A stretch of DNA of 64,000 nt from the human T2T-CHM13v2.0 reference genome, Homo sapiens: the NCBI RefSeq assembly GCF_009914755.1, contig NC_060941.1; one strand, 5' to 3'. The notes beneath the pieces are model-generated. The model saw only the letters and a list, made by a program, of their open reading frames with translations, did not search any database and was not told where the DNA came from. Shown here piece by piece: positions 1-15,180 of the stretch. Both the position numbers and the translations under genes were made by a program. Each line of letters opens with the position of its first letter. Position 1 is the first letter of the stretch.

Positions 1-88
1 CATTTTATTTAATGTTAATTAATTAAAACTTAAGTTTAAATAGCCCCATGTGGCTAGTGGAAACATTGCTGGATAGCACAGTTCTAGA
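1..88. mobile_element. hAT-Charlie MER3/MER33-like fragment
   Basis: tttaaatagccccatgtggctagtgg...ggatagcacagttctag resembles the MER3-type terminus. Confidence 0.6.
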
Positions 89-529
89 ATATCCAGCTAT
101 GAGCAGACTACAGCCCTCCCAGAGCTGAGGGGGTGACGAGAACTCCGCCATCTTGCCTTCCTAAGCAGGTGCTCTGGAGATGCCCTTGTCTGGAGTCCTG
201 GGTAGTTTGGGCAGGGTTCCGAGCAGCAGATCAGTGTGTCTTCATGGTCAAACCACGACCATAGTTCCAGATCCTCTACCCTGCTTTCCCCAAAGCCCTA
301 CTTGTACATCTACAGATGCATTTCTTTCTATTTCTTACCAGAATTGCCCTTGGCTTCCTTTTAAAGATTGCTTTCCAGGTTGGTAGTGAAGAGCAGCTCC
401 CTGCAGTCCCTGCCCTCACTCTCTTCCCTTTCCTGGGCATGGCACAGTATTGAGTTGAAGACCCAACTTGAGAGCTGAAGTAACAAATGTAGACTGTTAG
501 AGCCAAGGCAACTTCACACCATCCACTTT

Positions 530-700
530 GGAGGTTCCCAAGCTAGAATGCAAGTTAAAATCTCCTAGATGGCTTGGGTGATGCTTCCTGGGATCCACTC
601 CCAGAAATTCTGATTCAGTCACTCTGGAGTGGAGAGCAGGAATCTGCATTTCCAGAAATTCTGATATAGGTCTGAGGTCATCTACATTTGGGCAGTGATC
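530..700. mobile_element. MER5-like hAT DNA transposon fragment
   Basis: ccagaaattctgattcagt...ggaatctgcattt is the MER5A core. Confidence 0.55.
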
Positions 701-1169
701 TAGTCCAGGGAAGGGAAGTGACTTGCCCAAGGTCAGACAGCAAGTCAAGAGCAGAGCAGGGGCTAGAAGCCAGGTCTCCTGAGTTCTAATGTGGCACTCT
801 TTCTACTCCACCAGGAGTGTGGTTTATTTAGTGTGAGCAGATGCCTTAATTCATAGCTCTGGAGTTCTGAATGGGGGCTGAGGGCATGGGATATCTTTTT
901 CTTTGTAATCACCCCTAATGTCCCTAGCACAGTAGCTGGCACAAAGCAGGGCTCAATAAATGTTTGTTGAATGGAACAAATGAGTGAGGAAGTATCCCTT
1001 GCTTATGTCTGCTGTTCCCTGCTGTATCTGGTCAGCTGTGAGCCTGCCTAGGTTCTGGAGGACACTGGTAAACACCAGCACCGCATAATTCAGGAGGGCT
1101 CACCTGCTGGCATGCAGGTGGGGCTGCACACACAACAACAACACGGCAACAATAACAGTAACAATATGA

Positions 1170-1357
1170 CTGCACTCATAGTTTGTGGGTCCCAGTGCCA
1201 AATGAAAATGCAGGACCCCTTGTTAAAAAATGTTGTTAAAAATTTATAAAAGTAAGCATTGTTATTAAAAAATAAAAGAATTTCAAGACAGCAATCTCAA
1301 GAGCATTAAACCAAGTGAGTGGCCCTTCTGATTGTGGGCCCTGTGTGACCGCCCTGA
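1170..1357 (-). mobile_element. MER45A-like hAT-Tip100 element
   Basis: gggtcccagtgccaaatgaaaatgcaggacccct...aatttcaagacagc...agagcattaaaccaag...gggccctgtgtgacc matches the reverse of the recalled MER45A consensus. Confidence 0.7.
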
Positions 1358-1515
1358 TAGTAGCATCTCAAACTGGTGCTGGACAGAATTGTTCACATCC
1401 TCATATTTGTCTTATTGGCAACTGATTCAATGCTAAGCTCCTTCAAAGAGTGTAGGTCTCTGGACAGTGAATGATTTGTTTACACATCATGAACACCAGG
1501 ATTCAAGGACAGAAA

Positions 1516-1536
1516 GAGAGAGAGAGAGAGAGAGAG
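1516..1536. repeat. (GA)n microsatellite
   Basis: Directly visible agagagagagagagagagag. Confidence 0.9.
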
Positions 1537-2149
1537 TGCAGAGAGAAAGGGAAAGCTACTACATACATACTATGTAGACAGTATGTACATGGGAGTTCTT
1601 GTTAATTGGTACCAAGCTGAAACGCAGACAGCGTAACATGAAAGATAATGCTGAACCAAGAGGAGTGTGGTAAGATGGAGTTCAGCCTGCAGAAGCCACA
1701 GTCTCCCAGCATTTTCCAAGAGCTTGGCCATAGGTGGCACAAGGTGAGATCTACCTGGCCAGGGAGGGAAGTGCATTTTCTGAATATGCAGAAAGGACAT
1801 GGGAGCCCTGTAGGAGGAGGCAGGAGCAATAGGCAGAATGCATAACGGGGCAGGGAAAGTGCATCACGATAAAAGAAGCTAAAATCTTTCATCTTGGCAA
1901 ATTACGGAAAACATGCCAAGGAAATAAACACTGGAGAGAAGTAGGAAGAAAAGTTTATCTGAATAGCTAGGGGGAGTTTTCAGAGCTCAGAGAGTGAACG
2001 TGCTGATACAAAGCAATCTTGCTTTGGACAAAAATGACTTTATAACAGTGGCTGAGTGGGGGAACCCTAGCTCCCCAGATAGCTTCAGAGGAGAGGGTGG
2101 GACAATGGCCAGCCATATAAGGGGCATCTCACAGTGCAGCAAGGGCCTT

Positions 2150-2580
2150 GTGTGGGTATGGGATAGCTTCTGTTTGCACCCCCTTCCCAGTGCTTCTCCA
2201 CCCTGCTCTCTGTGCTACGGGTTTGACTTGCAGAGACTGTCTTGATGGACTCTGTTGCCCTCTGGCTTGGGATCAGTTAATGGTGGGCCAGGTAGGAAAC
2301 TGGAGGGAGAGAGGAGAGTCAAGCTGGGGTGTCCAGTCTCTCAACTCCATTTGCTGGGTCACTGTGGGTTAGCTGCATGTCACTTTGGAAGGCCACAGCT
2401 CCGGGTTGGGGGCTGGAGGGAGAGCTCTTCATAGTGTCTCTCTCTGGGTTTTGACACCAGCTTCTTTCCTTCTTTCCGAGGGGGTGGTAACGGCTCTCCC
2501 TGCTACAAGTACCAGGATGCTGCACTCTCCTGTATTGCTTTTCCAAGCCTTGCCCATGCCTTTGTTAACAGTCTTTGATT
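2150..2580 (+). mobile_element. ERVL LTR33-like fragment
   Basis: cttctccaccctgctctctgtgc...ttgccctctggctt...ggagggagaggagagtcaagctgggg pattern. Confidence 0.5.
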
Positions 2581-3009
2581 AATTTCTCCTTTTAGTATTC
2601 AATTTGAGGGTGCTGTTGATTTCTCTGCTTGGGTCCTGACTGGTGGATCTCCCATGGGCTCTCACTTAACTTCTGATAGACAGCAGGAGTCCCCTCTGTG
2701 GTACCACAAAGGGAAGGACGGACATTGGGTTTGAGCAAGTGCATAGGGATGGAGACCTCACTCCCTGCAGGGGCAGCCCATGGTTTTGGAAGTTCACCCT
2801 TATTTTGGTTGAAAACTGCCTGCTTATAGATTTTGTCCCCTAGTCCTAGCTCCGCCCCTTCTACTCCACACCTCTTTAAGGATCTCCCCAGAGATAGAGT
2901 GCCTGTTTCCCAGACAAGTGAGTCGGACTTTCTGAGAGAGGCAGAAATGCAGACCTCTTGTACCTGGAGCATCAGAACCAGAGAGAGCCTAGACAAATTG
3001 ATTAAATAC

Positions 3010-3215
3010 TTGGGGCTGTGGGATCAGGCAAGTTGAAGTCTAGTTCAGTTCTGTGAACTATAGCAAGTTATTTAATCTCTTGGAGCCTAATTTTTCTCAT
3101 TTTTAAAATGGGTATGAACATAAAAATGGATTGTTCTTCATAGAGCTGTTGTGAGGCTTAAATGAGCCATTGCATGGAAAGTTCTTAGCACAGAGTTTAG
3201 CTTAATAACTCAACA
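3010..3215 (+). mobile_element. MIR SINE
   Basis: gcaagttatttaatctcttggagcctaatttttctcatttttaaaatggg...gttgtgaggcttaaatgag is the MIR core. Confidence 0.7.
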
Positions 3216-4437
3216 ATTTGCAGTGTCATCATCACCATCATCACCATGAATTCAGTATTTCTGGCTTTTTACAAGATCCAAGGGGATCAGTTGCTGTTTT
3301 ATGTTCCTCTTTGCTCATGCTAGTCCCTCCATGTAGACTGGCCCCTCCTCTCATCTTCCATTTGGTTACCCTCTGCCCACCTTTGCACTCACCACCTCCT
3401 CGACATTTTCCCTCCATTCGGTGCCCCAATGTCTAGTACTTACCATGTTCACACTTGATCCCAACTCCCTCTCTGTTAAGACTGAGAGATCTCTTGGGGA
3501 CAGGGTCAATGTTCATTTATGTTTATAATCACAGTGCCTGGCATGCAGTAGAAACTCAAAAATGCTTGGTGAAGTGAACAAATGTGCACAACTCACCTCT
3601 GAGACACAGGATCCCACCCTCCTTGTTTTACAGATGTGCCACCGAGGTGCTGAAAGGCAGGTGGATCTGTGTGGATCTCACAGGGAGTTTGTGGCCAAGC
3701 TGGGTTCACATGAAACCTGCTGAGCCAGCTCAGAACCCCTGCTGCAGCCCAGTGAGTGGGCAGCTGTGTAGGGACTTCAGGCCAGAGGCTGACAAGTGCA
3801 TGGGGGCTGGGCAGGGGCAGCAAAGTCTGCCTGGACCATCCCCTGAAGGGCCGTGGTTGGCATTCTTGTGTTGGGTGGCTGATATCTTTCTGGTCTCTGC
3901 TGCTCATTTAATCATGTGGCTTAATCCCTGGGGACCTGTTCATTAAGGCCCATCCTTTGGGCCTCACTGCTACCTATGATCAGACAAATGGGCCTGGAGT
4001 GTCCCTGTGTCACCCAGGCATGGGGAGGGGCTTGGCCCATCAGCAGCTGGGCCACTTATACCCGGCAGTGGCATCTCTGGCTACCACTGTCAAGCACCTG
4101 CTGTGGCACTGCTCTGCATTCCCTAGGAGACTATAAAGTGTGTGTGTGCCTGTGTGGGTGTGCATGCAGACGTGTACTAGTGTACGGGTGTGCCAGAGAG
4201 AGAAAGCAAGAAAGAGAGAAACTCTCTCTGAAATACAGGAACATTTTTCTTATTTCTTCTTATTTCCCTAAAGCATTTCCTGAGATGCTGCTTTGGAGTT
4301 CATAGAAGCAGAAAGGAACAACTGACCCTCTTAAGGACAAGACCCAGAGCTGGAGCCTCACAGCAGTCCACATTTTTTCCCTCACTCCCTGGAGTTATGC
4401 ATCGAATGCCTACCATGAGCATGTGCCACCGGCCTTG

Positions 4438-4648
4438 GACCTTTGCCTGGCTGGCTTGGAGTTTTAACTAAATCATGTCTATTTTCTGCATCACACTTAG
4501 CATGTGCATGAAGCACATCTTCCCAGAATGAAAAAAGTCAGGCTGCTTCTGGCTGCTAAATGGATACCTGCCTCCAAGCGTGTTTCTGATTTATGGCATC
4601 ATTTCTCCAGAGTCCTCGGACACCTGTGGAGACCCCTATCCAGCACAG
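4438..4648 (+). repeat. Copy 1 of a ~200-bp local direct duplication (other copy at 8924-9131)
   Basis: Shares long identical blocks with copy 2: tattttctgcatcacacttagcatgtgcat, ccagaatgaaaaaagtcaggctgcttct, tgtttctgatttatggcatcatttct, agagtcctcggacacctgtggag. Confidence 0.92.
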
Positions 4649-5030
4649 TGAAGCCAACAGCATGGTGAAGTCTCTGTCCTCCTGGAGCTCATGTTCTGAT
4701 GGGGGAGGTGGACGATAACAAACAGGTACACGTGTAACATCAGGCTGGCGATGGAAAGTGCTAGGAGAAGTGATGCAGAGGAAGGGCAGAGCAGGTGTGG
4801 CTCGCTTGGTTGGGAGTCAGGAAAGGCCTGTTCAAGGTGAGGGTGTTTGTGTAGTAACCAGAATGAAGTGAGCAATGAGCCATGGGATGATCCGGGAGAA
4901 AGTGTTCCAGGTGGAGGGAACAGCAAGTGCCAAGGCTCTGGGACAGGTGCACACTGGGGCGCTTCAAGAACAGCAAGGAGGCCAGAGTGGCAGGGACAAG
5001 GCCAGAGTGGCAGGGACAAGGTCAGAGGCC
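4645..5030 (-). mobile_element. L2 LINE fragment (its 3' tip is probably at ~4375-4430)
   Basis: tctctgtcctcctggagctcatgttctgatggggg...gttccaggtggagggaacagcaagtgccaaggctctggg is typical L2 3' sequence. Confidence 0.7.
4981..5020. repeat. Perfect 20-bp tandem duplication
   Basis: gccagagtggcagggacaag x2. Confidence 0.95.
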
Positions 5031-6058
5031 AGCTAACCATTTCGTTAACACCTCACAGTTACCCTTAGAGGTAGGTGCCCCCATTTTACAGACAGGGAAA
5101 CAGGCTCGGAGAGGTCAGCTGGCCCTAGCCACACAAAGCAGATCCAGAATCCAACCCTTGTCTGCTGGGCTCTGAGGCCTGTGCTTTTTGCCCCCTGCCA
5201 TGTGGCCTCGCTCAAATACTTTGTGCCTTTCTAGCATCACTGACCACATTCTTCATTGGTTTGGGTCCTTTGGGGCTTTGCAGGCTGGGACCCTGAGCTG
5301 CTGAGCTTTGCATCCCCTCTGGGTCATGGCGAAAGACAATCTTGGCACATGTACGGTAAGCTTCGGGGTTTTCACAGACTTGATCCTGCTGGCTCCTCCC
5401 AGCTGTCCTGAGGCAGGTGTCAATATCTCCATTTCATTACATTTCATTTTATTTTTTTACATCATGCTCATTTTTCAGATGAAGAAACCAAAGCTCACAG
5501 AAAGTAAAGAACAGACCCGGGGCCATTGACTCACGGCTGCGTAGAATTTTGGAGCCAGGAGACCCCTTGACGATTTAGCTAACTTTTCACCTTTCAGATG
5601 AAAAAATGGAAGCTCACAGAGAAGACAGTGGCCAAGGGCCACATGGCACGTGGCAGGTGGGCAGTGGCTGGGATCCAGGTCTCTAGATTCCTCACCCTCC
5701 CCTGCCTTTTGTTAGTGGGCTAGAAGCCACATTGGTGCCAGATGACAAGCTGATAAAGTTCCAAGCTGGACAGGGAAGGATGGGGAAGAAGAGTTTATTT
5801 GCAGTAGGCTCAGCAGCCTTTGTTCTTTCATCTTAGAAGCTCAGTGAGTGTGGGACAGCGACAGTAACACGGACCAGAGTCGCAGCCCCAGCCTTGAGAT
5901 CCTGGTGGAAAGGGCATGCTGATGGTGTTTGAAGTCAACCAGAGGTGTCATTTTAGACCCTGCTCCCCTGCTCACACCAGAGAAATCCAGGGAAAGCCCA
6001 AGGCCAGGGAAGAGAGGCAGAGAAGTGCATCAAGGAAAACACGGGCTCTGAAATCACA

Positions 6059-6121
6059 GAGACCTGCTTTTGACTCTTAGTCCCACTACTGAGACCTGCG
6101 TTTGACTCTTAGTCCCACTAC
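6059..6121. repeat. 32-bp tandem duplication inside a MIR
   Basis: gagacctgc(t/g)tttgactcttagtcccactac x2, with one internal mismatch. Confidence 0.93.
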
Positions 6122-6982
6122 CTAATTGCCGGGTGACCTCAGGCACGTTAAATTGCCCCTCTGAGCTTTAGTTTCCTCTGTTCAAATGAAGCAGGGGCTG
6201 ATCTCTCAGGTTACTTTTAGCTCTAAAATTCTATGAGCTGAGGGCCATGTGCAAATGTCTTTACCTCACTGCATCTCATTTTAATCTCCTGCAAAATAGA
6301 TGAAAAAAAATAGATGTGGCTGTTCATAGCTCACATCAAGTCAGAAGAGGCTGATTTCTCTAAAGACAGCACAAAGAATCCACAAATTGCTGCCTATCTA
6401 AAATTGGGCAGTGTGTATCTTGTCCTTCCTCTCCAACCCTTCCCTGACAGATAGGCACTTGTAGGGCAGCATCTCTAGCTAAGGAGATCCGAAATCAGCA
6501 CAAAGACGGGCAAGCTCAGGCTTGATTGCTCACAGGTGATATTTTGAAGCTAGGCAAGCTTCTGGAGGAAGAAAAAAAATCAACATTGTGTCCCCATGCG
6601 GGATGGGCTGCAATTATGCCTGTTCTGGGTGGCAGCGTGATGCAGCAGCGTTCTTACCAATGGCTGGTGATCCAGGAGATGCTACCAAGTGTCCACAAGA
6701 GTTTGGCGAAGGCTGCAAACTTCAGCCCCTCCTGCAAAGCCATGGAGCACACTAGTATTTTAAAGACGCTATGACGTCCTGCAGCAAAAACATGTTATAC
6801 TTTGTTGATCCGAGTGTTACCCAAAGCAATCTTTTTTCTTTTTCATTTTTCATTTTTAAGGAACACTAGCTCTGTGTGGAAAAAACCAAGGAGGACCAAA
6901 TCGGAAGATGTGGATTCAAATCCTATTCTACTACTTCTTAGCCATGAGGCTGTGGGAAAGTCACTCAATGTCTCTGCTTACA

Positions 6983-7421
<439 letters not shown>

Positions 7422-8134
7422 TGAGTTAATCTGTTAAATGACTAGAACTGCCCTGTCTACATCATAGGAGTGTATGAGGATCAGTGGCTGGAATGTGGGA
7501 AAGCACCTTATACACTGTGGGGTGATGCGTCCATGTTGGGGAAGGAGATAGTTAATGTTAGGTCTTGGTTATGCAACTGAGAAATGTGGCTACACTTTCA
7601 TTCCTGCTAAACAGCATATTTGCAAAATATGTATTTGTGAAAGCACCGTGTGTGGAGTTGGGGGTAGTCTCATTACCAAAAGATTTATCTCAAGCATTCT
7701 TTAAATAATGAGTTTTCCTAGTGCATTCAGTCTCAGAGATTATAAATTACTTGATAAGAAGGCTGATGATTCTGGGTGGGTAACTGGTGTTCAGATTATC
7801 ACCCTTGAAATGCCATCAGAAAGTGTCTAAAATTATAGGGAAAGTTGGTGGATGATTAAGATTCCATTTGTAAAAATTCTGTTTACACACACCGATGGTG
7901 GAAGTTAGGTACAACCAGACTGCTGAGTGGCTCATGTATATAGATTGTGATGTGATTATAGAATTCAAAATCATCCAAAGCATTACTGGATTCATAGCAA
8001 TTTTTTGTTATACAATATTCTCTCAATGAATTAAAAAAGCACAAGAGCTTTCATGTGGGATACTGGCTGAGAAATATTTTGATGTTAAGAAGACATCCCC
8101 ATTCTTCCAAATGGTGGGGAACAGTGGTCTGGAT

Positions 8135-8286
8135 CAGAGCTTCTTACAGTTGGATGTGCACACGAATCTCCTGGAGGATCCTGTTGCAACACAGACTTGG
8201 GGGTGGGGGAAGGCAGAGACTCTATGCGTCTAACCAGCTCCCAGGTGATGCTGATACTGCTGGTCAGAGGATTACACTTTAGCAGG
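8135..8286. mobile_element. MER5A-like element with an internal deletion
   Basis: gaatctcctggaggatcctgttgcaacacagac...taaccagctcccaggtgatgctgatactgctggtc...acacttt. Confidence 0.65.
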
Positions 8287-8923
8287 ACTCCCAAGAGAAT
8301 ATCTACATTTTTGCAGAACACATAGGCCCCTGGTGATCTGGCCTCTACCTATCTTTCCAACCCCAGGTCTCATCCTTAGATACAGATGCCCTTGCACACT
8401 CTGGGCTGTTCTTGGCCTCTGGTCCTCATTCCCTTCCCTCTGCTCAGGACCTCAGCTTTCCAGGTCCTCAGATTTTCCTCTAACTCCCACACGCTGCCCA
8501 GCAACCTGGCAAACAGGCCTGAGACTAAAACCAAAGGTCAACTTCTCTCTAAAGCCTTCCTTTAGATACGCTTGTCCCCTCCCTTCTGGAACTGACTATC
8601 TCCTTCTAGATTCTCAATCTATCTTCTATCACAGCACTTGGTGACACTTAATAGTTGACACGTTCCCCAAACAGACTGCAAATGCTTGGCACTCCTTGGA
8701 CACTTTATATGAAAGTTGTTGGGTGAATACATTTCCATCTACCATCTAAAAAGAGCCCTTCAGATATTCCCTAGATTATAAACTTCGAAAACCTGGACTG
8801 GGCCCTTCATCTGTATCACTGAGGTGCCTGGCACACAGTAGGTATGCAGTTGAGATTCACTAAATTGGGGACATGAGGTCTGAGGTTGGGGCTGTCTCAT
8901 CTGCTTCCTAGCTGTTCTCCTCA

Positions 8924-9131
8924 GACCCTTGCACCAGCTGGGAGTTTTAACTAGAACACACGTATTTTCTGCATCACACTTAGCATGTGCATTACGCACA
9001 TCTTTCCAGAATGAAAAAAGTCAGGCTGCTTCTCATGCTAAATGGATACCTGCCTCCAGTGGTGTTTCTGATTTATGGCATCATTTCTTTAGAGTCCTCG
9101 GACACCTGTGGAGTCCCTGTGTCCAGCACAG
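8924..9131 (+). repeat. Copy 2 of the ~200-bp local direct duplication
   Basis: Aligns to 4438-4648 by eye. Confidence 0.92.
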
Positions 9132-9399
9132 AGGCCCACTCTGAGAGTGAGCCTAACATCCCAGCTGGCTGCTGTAGGTTCCTGTGCCCTGGACACTCAG
9201 AACTCAGGCCAGAGCCTGCTCCTCTCATTCTGGGGAGCTCCTTAGGACCTGGCACCATGACAAGAGGTTTTCCTGGGAGCAGAGATGTCGGAGAAACCAT
9301 AGCAACCATCATCACCCACGCTTGTTCTGCCCCATTTGTAAAGGGGGATAAGAAACGTGCTACCCGTGATAGCTGCTCAGGCCTTCCAGCTATGCTAAA

Positions 9400-12330
<2,931 letters not shown>

Positions 12331-13240
12331 GGGGGCCTCCCATAAACACATATGTTCAACCTACCATGTTTAATCAGAAGCCTAGAATGTCAGCTTCCCT
12401 GCAGTTCTGGTGTGCTGCAGAAAGGTCATGAGCTTCTTTCACCACCCCAGGAAAAGGGAGAGGGATGCTTCAAGTTGGTCTCTGGGATGGACACAGCCAT
12501 GGAACCAACCAGCACTTTTAATCCCAATGACATCTGCCTCCCATCCAGTGGTTTTCAAACAGGGCATCCTCAGTGGTGCCTCAGGGTTGGTCACAGGGAC
12601 CAAGGGAGAAAGCAAACGGGGGTTTCCATCTCCAGTGGGATCAGAGCCATGTTGCTTTTGTCTGTTTTCTACGTGGGACTGCGCTAAAGCTTTCATTCAG
12701 TATAATGATTCTGCTCCTGAAGAAGAAAAGAGGAAAAAATAGACAAGGAGGATGGCAGCAGACCTATCATTATATGCCATTCTCTCTTCAGAGATGCTGC
12801 CTAAACCTCTTTCCCTGTGCTATTTTCATGGCAGGGCTTTTATGACCACATTGTGAACATTAAAGGAATTTAGTGGAGGGAGCATCCCTTTTGGGTGTGG
12901 ATGTGGGTTTTAAGCTTGGTTCAACTGCTTAACTAGGTATGTACCCTTGGGAAGCTTACAACCTCTCTGGGCTCTGTGTCCTCATCCTACAATGAGGATT
13001 CTAATACCTTGTTAGCAAGTGATTGGGAAGGTTCATGGCACAGAGTAGCTACTCACTAATGCGGGCTTCTCCCTCACCCTGGCCCTGGCAGTGTACACAA
13101 TTTCAGCATTGTGTTTCCTCTCAACAAATATGTAGTGTCCTGATATACATCTGTGAGCCAGACAGTCCAAGGTCTCTGACTTCCTGGGACTTGTGTTTAG
13201 TGGAAGGGGCAGACAATAAAAAACAATAAGGAAATGAAGG

Positions 13241-13603
13241 TGATATAGTTTGGCTTTGTCCCCACCCAAATCTCATATTGAACTGTAGCTCCCATAATCC
13301 CCACGTGTCAAGGAAGAGACCCAGTGGGAGGCAACTGAATCATGGGGGTAGGTTTTACTGTGCTGTTGTTGTGATAGTGAATAAGTCTCATGAGATCTGA
13401 CGGTTTCATGAAGGGGAGTTCCCCTGCACACACTCTCTTGCCTGCTGCCATGTAAGATGTGCCTTTGCTCCTCCTTCACCTTCTGCCATGATTGTGAGGC
13501 CTCTCCAGCTATGTGGAACTGTGAGTCCATTAACCTTCTTTTTATTTATGAATTACCCAGTCTTGGTTATTTCTTCATAGCAGTATGAAAATGGACTAAT
13601 ACA
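13241..13603 (+). mobile_element. THE1 (MaLR) LTR
   Basis: Starts tgatatagtttggctttgtccccacccaaatctcat and ends atggactaataca. Confidence 0.9.
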
Positions 13604-14050
13604 GTAAATAGGTACCAGTAAAGTGGGATATTGCTATGAAGATACTTGAAAATGTGGAAAACACTTTGGAACTGGGTAACAGGCAGCAGTTGGACAAGTT
13701 TGGAGGGCTCAGAAGAAGACACGAAAATGTGGGAAAGTATGGAACTTTCTAGAGACTTGAAGGGCTCAGAAGACAGGAAGATGGGGGAAGTTTGGAAATT
13801 CCTAGAGACTCATCAAATGGCTTTGACCAAAATGCTGACAGTGACATGGACAATGAAGTCCAGGCTGAGGTGGTCTCAGATGGAGATGAGGAACTTGTTG
13901 AAAGCTGGAGCAAAGGTCACTCTTGCTAGGCTTTAGCAAAGAGACTGGTGGTATTTTGTCCCCACCCTAGAGATCTGTGGAACTTTGAACTTGAGAGAGA
14001 CGATTTAGAGTATCTGGTGGAAGAAATTTCTAAGCAGCAAAGCATTCAAA
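13604..14050 (+). mobile_element. THE1 internal sequence, 3'-truncated
   Basis: gtaaataggtaccag...gaaaatgtggaa...ggaactgggtaacaggcag...taagcagcaaagcattcaa follows the LTR directly; there is no second LTR. Confidence 0.85.
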
Positions 14051-14699
14051 GATGAGGGATGAAGAGTAGGGGTGAGGGTGGCAATTTTAAACAGGGTAGT
14101 CAGGGGAGACCTCATTGAGAAGGTAATATCTGAGTGAAGAGTTGATGCAGGGAGGCAGTGAGTCATGTGGATATGTGAGCAAGGAGAATTCTCATAGTGG
14201 TTAATAGCAAATGCAGATGCCCCAAAGTGAGGGTGTTCCTGGAATATTCAAGAAGCAGCAGGGAAGCCTGTGTGACTAGAGCCAGGTTAACAAGGTGAGG
14301 GGAGGGCAATAGGAGCTGAGGAAGCTGGAGGGATACTGGGGTCCAAATCTTTACCCCGAGAACAGCATAGCTTTAAAAAATCATTCCTTTGCTCAAAAGC
14401 ATACTTGACATATTATCATGTTAACACTAATTAACACTAGGATTTGGGGAAATCAGGGCAGATTGTATTTGATAAAAAAGTGTTTTTCATTGGAGTGCAT
14501 GAAGGATAGAAGGAGATGAGAAAGGGAGGTGCCTATTTGTGGTCTTTCTGACACTCGAACCCTTTTAGAATTTGTTAGAAAACTCCCTGTACACGGATTC
14601 CGGTTTCCTCAGACGTAACCCACCCTCAATTCTCACCCTCACCCCCACTCACTCAGTGTGGCCATCCACAGGGCTGTCTGTCTAGCAGTTCTCTTGGGA

Positions 14700-15180
14700 G
14701 TGCCTTCCGCAACCACCATCGGCCCAACTTCTTTAGGACTATTACAGGGTCTCAGGTGAACTAATTCCCCTGCCCACTGCTGATTGGTCCAGGGGCGGGC
14801 ACCTGACTGGAGCTGAGCCAATGATTCCCTTCCCTGTATTTTTTTTTTCCCCTAAACAGGACGTCTGTGAGAGTCAAAACAGTCTTTTGCTGGGGGCAGG
14901 ATCTGTAAAATATAAAACTTAGGCTCTGTTAGGAGCCATGTGTGAAAAAATATGTGTGTGGGAAAAATAAGCCTGTTTCTAGTGACAGAATGAAAAGAAT
15001 TCAGAGGGAGGAGGAGTGAGAGATCTGAGGATTTAGGAGCCTTGGGTTCCACTCATTCCTGAGGCTGTATCCCTGCCCCTCCTGCTGGCTGGTTGTCGAA
15101 GCTTGCCTTGGATTCTGAGAACAATATAATTTCTTTTATGCCTAAGCTTGTTTGATTCAGGTTTCTCATGTGCAACCTAG
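14700..15180 (+). mobile_element. Old MLT1-type (MaLR) LTR
   Basis: gattggtccaggggcgggcacctgac...gccaatgattcccttcc...cctaagcttgtttgattcaggtttctc...tgcaacc. Confidence 0.5.

Noticed and set aside
3218-3250. Poly-His 'tag-like' ORF
   Set aside because: A natural (CAT/CAC)n microsatellite next to a MIR.
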